NCBI RefSeq assembly: GCF_001465295.1
Contig: NZ_CP011034.1
Coordinates: 510,001 to 542,000 of the forward strand
Length of the DNA stretch: 32,000 nucleotides
From: Pseudoalteromonas translucida KMM 520
GTDB taxonomy: Bacteria; Pseudomonadota; Gammaproteobacteria; Enterobacterales; Alteromonadaceae
Direction of reading: 5' to 3'
Below are positions 27,842 through 32,000 of this stretch, one piece after another. The translations under genes and the position numbers were made by a program. Every line of letters begins with the position of its first letter. Within the stretch, counting starts at the first letter, position 1. The notes under the pieces are model-generated. The model had not been told where the DNA came from. It ran no database searches and saw only the letters and a program-made list of their open reading frames with translations.

Positions 27842-28243
27842 ATGACCTTTACAGTAGACTTTAAAGTGCGAGACTACGAATGCGACCTACAAGGCATTGT
27901 AAATAATAGTGTGTATTTTAATTACTTAGAGCATGCGCGCCATGAATTTTTGCATGCACATGGGGTTGATTTTGCTCAGCTTGCCAAAGATAAAATTAAC
28001 TTGGTCGTGATGCGCAGTGAAATGGATTATAAACAGTCATTATTACCGGGCGATGAATTTTATGTAGCCGTAGAGCCACAACGTATTAGCCGACTTAAAT
28101 TCGCTTTTAAGCAAACCCTGATCCGTAAACAGGATGAGAAAATAATGCTTAATGCATTGGTAATCGGCACAGCTTTAAATGAAAAAGGTCGGCCATTTTT
28201 ACCAGCGCAAATAGATAATTTATTTAAAACGGATTCTGCATAA
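27842..28243 (+). CDS. acyl-CoA thioesterase, YbgC/4HBT family
   Basis: VRDYECDLQGIVNNSVYFNYLEHARHEFL hot-dog-fold signature. Confidence 0.8.
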   Translation: MTFTVDFKVRDYECDLQGIVNNSVYFNYLEHARHEFLHAHGVDFAQLAKDKINLVVMRSEMDYKQSLLPGDEFYVAVEPQRISRLKFAFKQTLIRKQDEKIMLNALVIGTALNEKGRPFLPAQIDNLFKTDSA

Positions 28244-28365
28244 AAAATCGCATGATTATCAAACGATATCAGAATAAAATTTACACTTTAAACATGTATT
28301 TTTAACGGATTAACTTGTTGAAAATTGTTATTATTACAATAATTAGACAAATAATTAGTAATAAT

Positions 28366-28764
28366 ATGAAATTAGCAGCAATACCCATGCTTATAATCGG
28401 TTTATGTGTTGGTTGTGCATCAACGCAAACGGTTACCTCAGAGCAGCTTAAACATACTCAATGGCAGTTATCACGTATTGACGGCTTAGCTATTCCGCCT
28501 TCGTTTAATGCGTCGGTGGGTTTTATTGAAGCACTGCAAGTCAATGGTTTTGCTGGCTGCAATAAATTTTTTGGCGAAGGTGAGCTGGACGATAGCAGCT
28601 TAACAGTTAACAAAATAGGTATGACCCGTAAGTCGTGTGGCCAACAACTTGATAAGTTTGAGCAGCAGTTACTACAAGCACTGCAACAAGGTGCGCAGCT
28701 TAAAATGCAAGATCAACAATTGGTGATGCAGGGCGAGAAAACATTTGTATTTATTGCTAAATAA
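28366..28764 (+). CDS. META-domain (HslJ-like) lipoprotein
   Basis: Lipobox IIGLCVGC, then WQLSRIDG, GFAGCNKFFG and MTRKSC META-domain motifs. ATG at 28366 is preferred over the upstream alternative start. Confidence 0.75.
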   Translation: MKLAAIPMLIIGLCVGCASTQTVTSEQLKHTQWQLSRIDGLAIPPSFNASVGFIEALQVNGFAGCNKFFGEGELDDSSLTVNKIGMTRKSCGQQLDKFEQQLLQALQQGAQLKMQDQQLVMQGEKTFVFIAK

Positions 28765-28931
28765 AAAACGCCCTCTTGCAGGCGATTTTTAACTGGCGTA
28801 CACTCAACGCTGATTTGCTAGATATTATTCGCAAATTAATAAATTACAAATACCAATTTGATACCCAAGCAACTTAGCATTGCAGCTGCAGTTATAAGTG
28901 GCAAAGGTATATTTAATAATTGGTATTAATA

Positions 28932-29027
28932 CTTGTCGGAGTGCCTAACTAAATAATTAGTTAAGGCTGAGATCGCGAAAGCGGGATCCGTGAACCTGAT
29001 CGGGCTAATACCTGCGTAGGGAACAAG
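28932..29027 (+). promoter_or_regulatory. TPP (THI-box) riboswitch aptamer
   Basis: GGAGTGCC..GGCTGAGA..GGGATCCGTGAACCTGATCGGGCTAATACCTGCGTAGGGAAC with P1 CTTGT (28932-28936) pairing with ACAAG (29023-29027). It lies upstream of thiC. Confidence 0.92.
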
Positions 29028-29040
29028 CTGCCTAAAATAG

Positions 29041-29061
29041 GACGCTTGTGCGTCTTTTTTT
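29041..29061 (+). terminator. riboswitch-controlled intrinsic terminator
   Basis: GACGC-TTGT-GCGTC followed by seven T. An alternative pairing of ACAAGC (29023-29028) with GCTTGT (29044-29049) would act as the antiterminator. Confidence 0.7.
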
Positions 29062-29208
29062 ATGCGCACAAGTTATACCATCCGGTATTAAGTTCTGTTG
29101 GCTGCCAAGATTGGCTGTGACAGTTAACTGCTTAACCAATCTACGATCCAATGAGGCATTTTGCCTTCTCAATTCTTCGCACAAGACAACCCATAAGCTA
29201 TGAGGTAA

Positions 29209-31164
<1,956 letters not shown>

Positions 31165-31183
31165 ATCAGCTTAAGGTATTGGG

Positions 31184-31211
31184 CAGCGAGCAGCGAGCAG
31201 CGAGCAGCGAG
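31184..31211. repeat. tandem heptamer repeat (CAGCGAG) x4
   Basis: Four perfect 7-nt units in the thiC-thiO spacer. A complementary GCTGCTCG lies at 31229-31236. Confidence 0.9.
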
Positions 31212-31267
31212 GGGGAGCTTAATACCTTGCTGCTCGTAGTAAGGGCTCGCAGCTAAAAGGAACTTTT

Positions 31268-32000
31268 ATGTTTTACAATATTGCAGTGGTGGGGTTTGGT
31301 TTAGCCGGTAGGTTGGCGGCGCTTGAGTTGAGTAAGCAACACCGAGTTACTGTATTTGAGGCTGATAATGAACATACCCAAAACAGTGCGGGCAAGGTGG
31401 CTGCGGCTATGCTTGCTCCTCTTGCTGAGTCGGTATTGTGCGAGGCTGATTTAGCTTTAATGGGACTTGATTCTATAAAGCGTTGGCCTGGGATTATTGA
31501 TGAGCTTGATAGCGAGGTTTTTTTTCAGCAGCAGGGCACATTAGTCGTCGCGCATCAGCAAGATAAAGGCGATTTAAAAAGCTTTGCTCAGCGACTAAAG
31601 CCGTTAGCTAATTATACCGGGGAGTCGGTGAACTCCCAGCAAATTGAAATGTTAGAGCCTGAGCTTGCTAATCGTTTTAGTCAGGGATTATTTTTACCCT
31701 GCGACGGGCAAATAGATAATCAGGCATTTTATCAAGCCAGCTTTACACAACTTAATAAGCGCAAAGTAAAGTTTGTATTTAATCAACGGATAACGATTAA
31801 CGATAATAAAATTAATAACCGAGAGTTTGATTATATTATTGATTGCCGAGGGCTTGGCGCAAAAGATGATAAGCCTCTGCGGGGCGTACGTGGAGAAGTA
31901 GCTAGATTATACGCGCCAGAGGTGAGTTTAACGCGGCCCGTGCGCTTAATGCATCCGCGTTACCCCATTTATATAGCGCCTAAACCCAATAATGAATACG
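31268..32000 (+). CDS. thiO: FAD-dependent glycine oxidase ThiO (3' end beyond window)
   Basis: Open frame from ATG 31268 to the window edge, so it is not in the ORF track. It starts with the dinucleotide-binding motif IAVVGFGLAGRLAA and later shows LRGVRGEVARL and HPRYPIYIAPK. The thi operon context supports the call. Confidence 0.8.
   Translation, partial: MFYNIAVVGFGLAGRLAALELSKQHRVTVFEADNEHTQNSAGKVAAAMLAPLAESVLCEADLALMGLDSIKRWPGIIDELDSEVFFQQQGTLVVAHQQDKGDLKSFAQRLKPLANYTGESVNSQQIEMLEPELANRFSQGLFLPCDGQIDNQAFYQASFTQLNKRKVKFVFNQRITINDNKINNREFDYIIDCRGLGAKDDKPLRGVRGEVARLYAPEVSLTRPVRLMHPRYPIYIAPKPNNEY

Noticed and set aside
31184-31211. Possible CRISPR or mini-array
   Set aside because: The units are 7 nt, directly tandem with no spacers, and there are no cas genes.

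Overview
AT-rich gammaproteobacterial chromosome. Gene content suggests a marine Alteromonadales or Pseudoalteromonas-like organism, but that is inference. The backbone is mostly housekeeping: purC, fbp, wecB, rsuA, zapE, galE, epmB-efp-epmA, and a TPP riboswitch followed by thiC and thiO. Accessory features sit between these genes. Two IS200/IS605-family elements are present. One is a decayed solo tnpB element at about 2115-3365. The other is a tnpA/tnpB element at 9325-11056 that splits a rhodanese gene already carrying a deletion and a nonsense codon. Joining its flanks restores the rhodanese reading frame, which gives a predicted TTTAT target/TAM and a predicted omega-RNA guide. The best candidate for an uncharacterised system is a four-gene, translationally coupled envelope operon at 4764-8994. 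It encodes an amicyanin-type blue-copper protein, a periplasmic-sensor GGDEF-EAL enzyme, a beta-barrel outer-membrane protein and a lipoprotein truncated haemoglobin. Other observations include a near-consensus sigma-28 promoter in front of a 69-aa YjfB-like gene, and a MacB-type ABC permease with a His/Asp/Glu-rich periplasmic loop. There is also a cysteine-rich CWC/DUF5522 gene divergent from an unknown acidic ORF, a heptamer tandem repeat inside the thi operon, and a terminator-associated repeat. I saw no CRISPR array, rRNA, tRNA or recognisable defence island.
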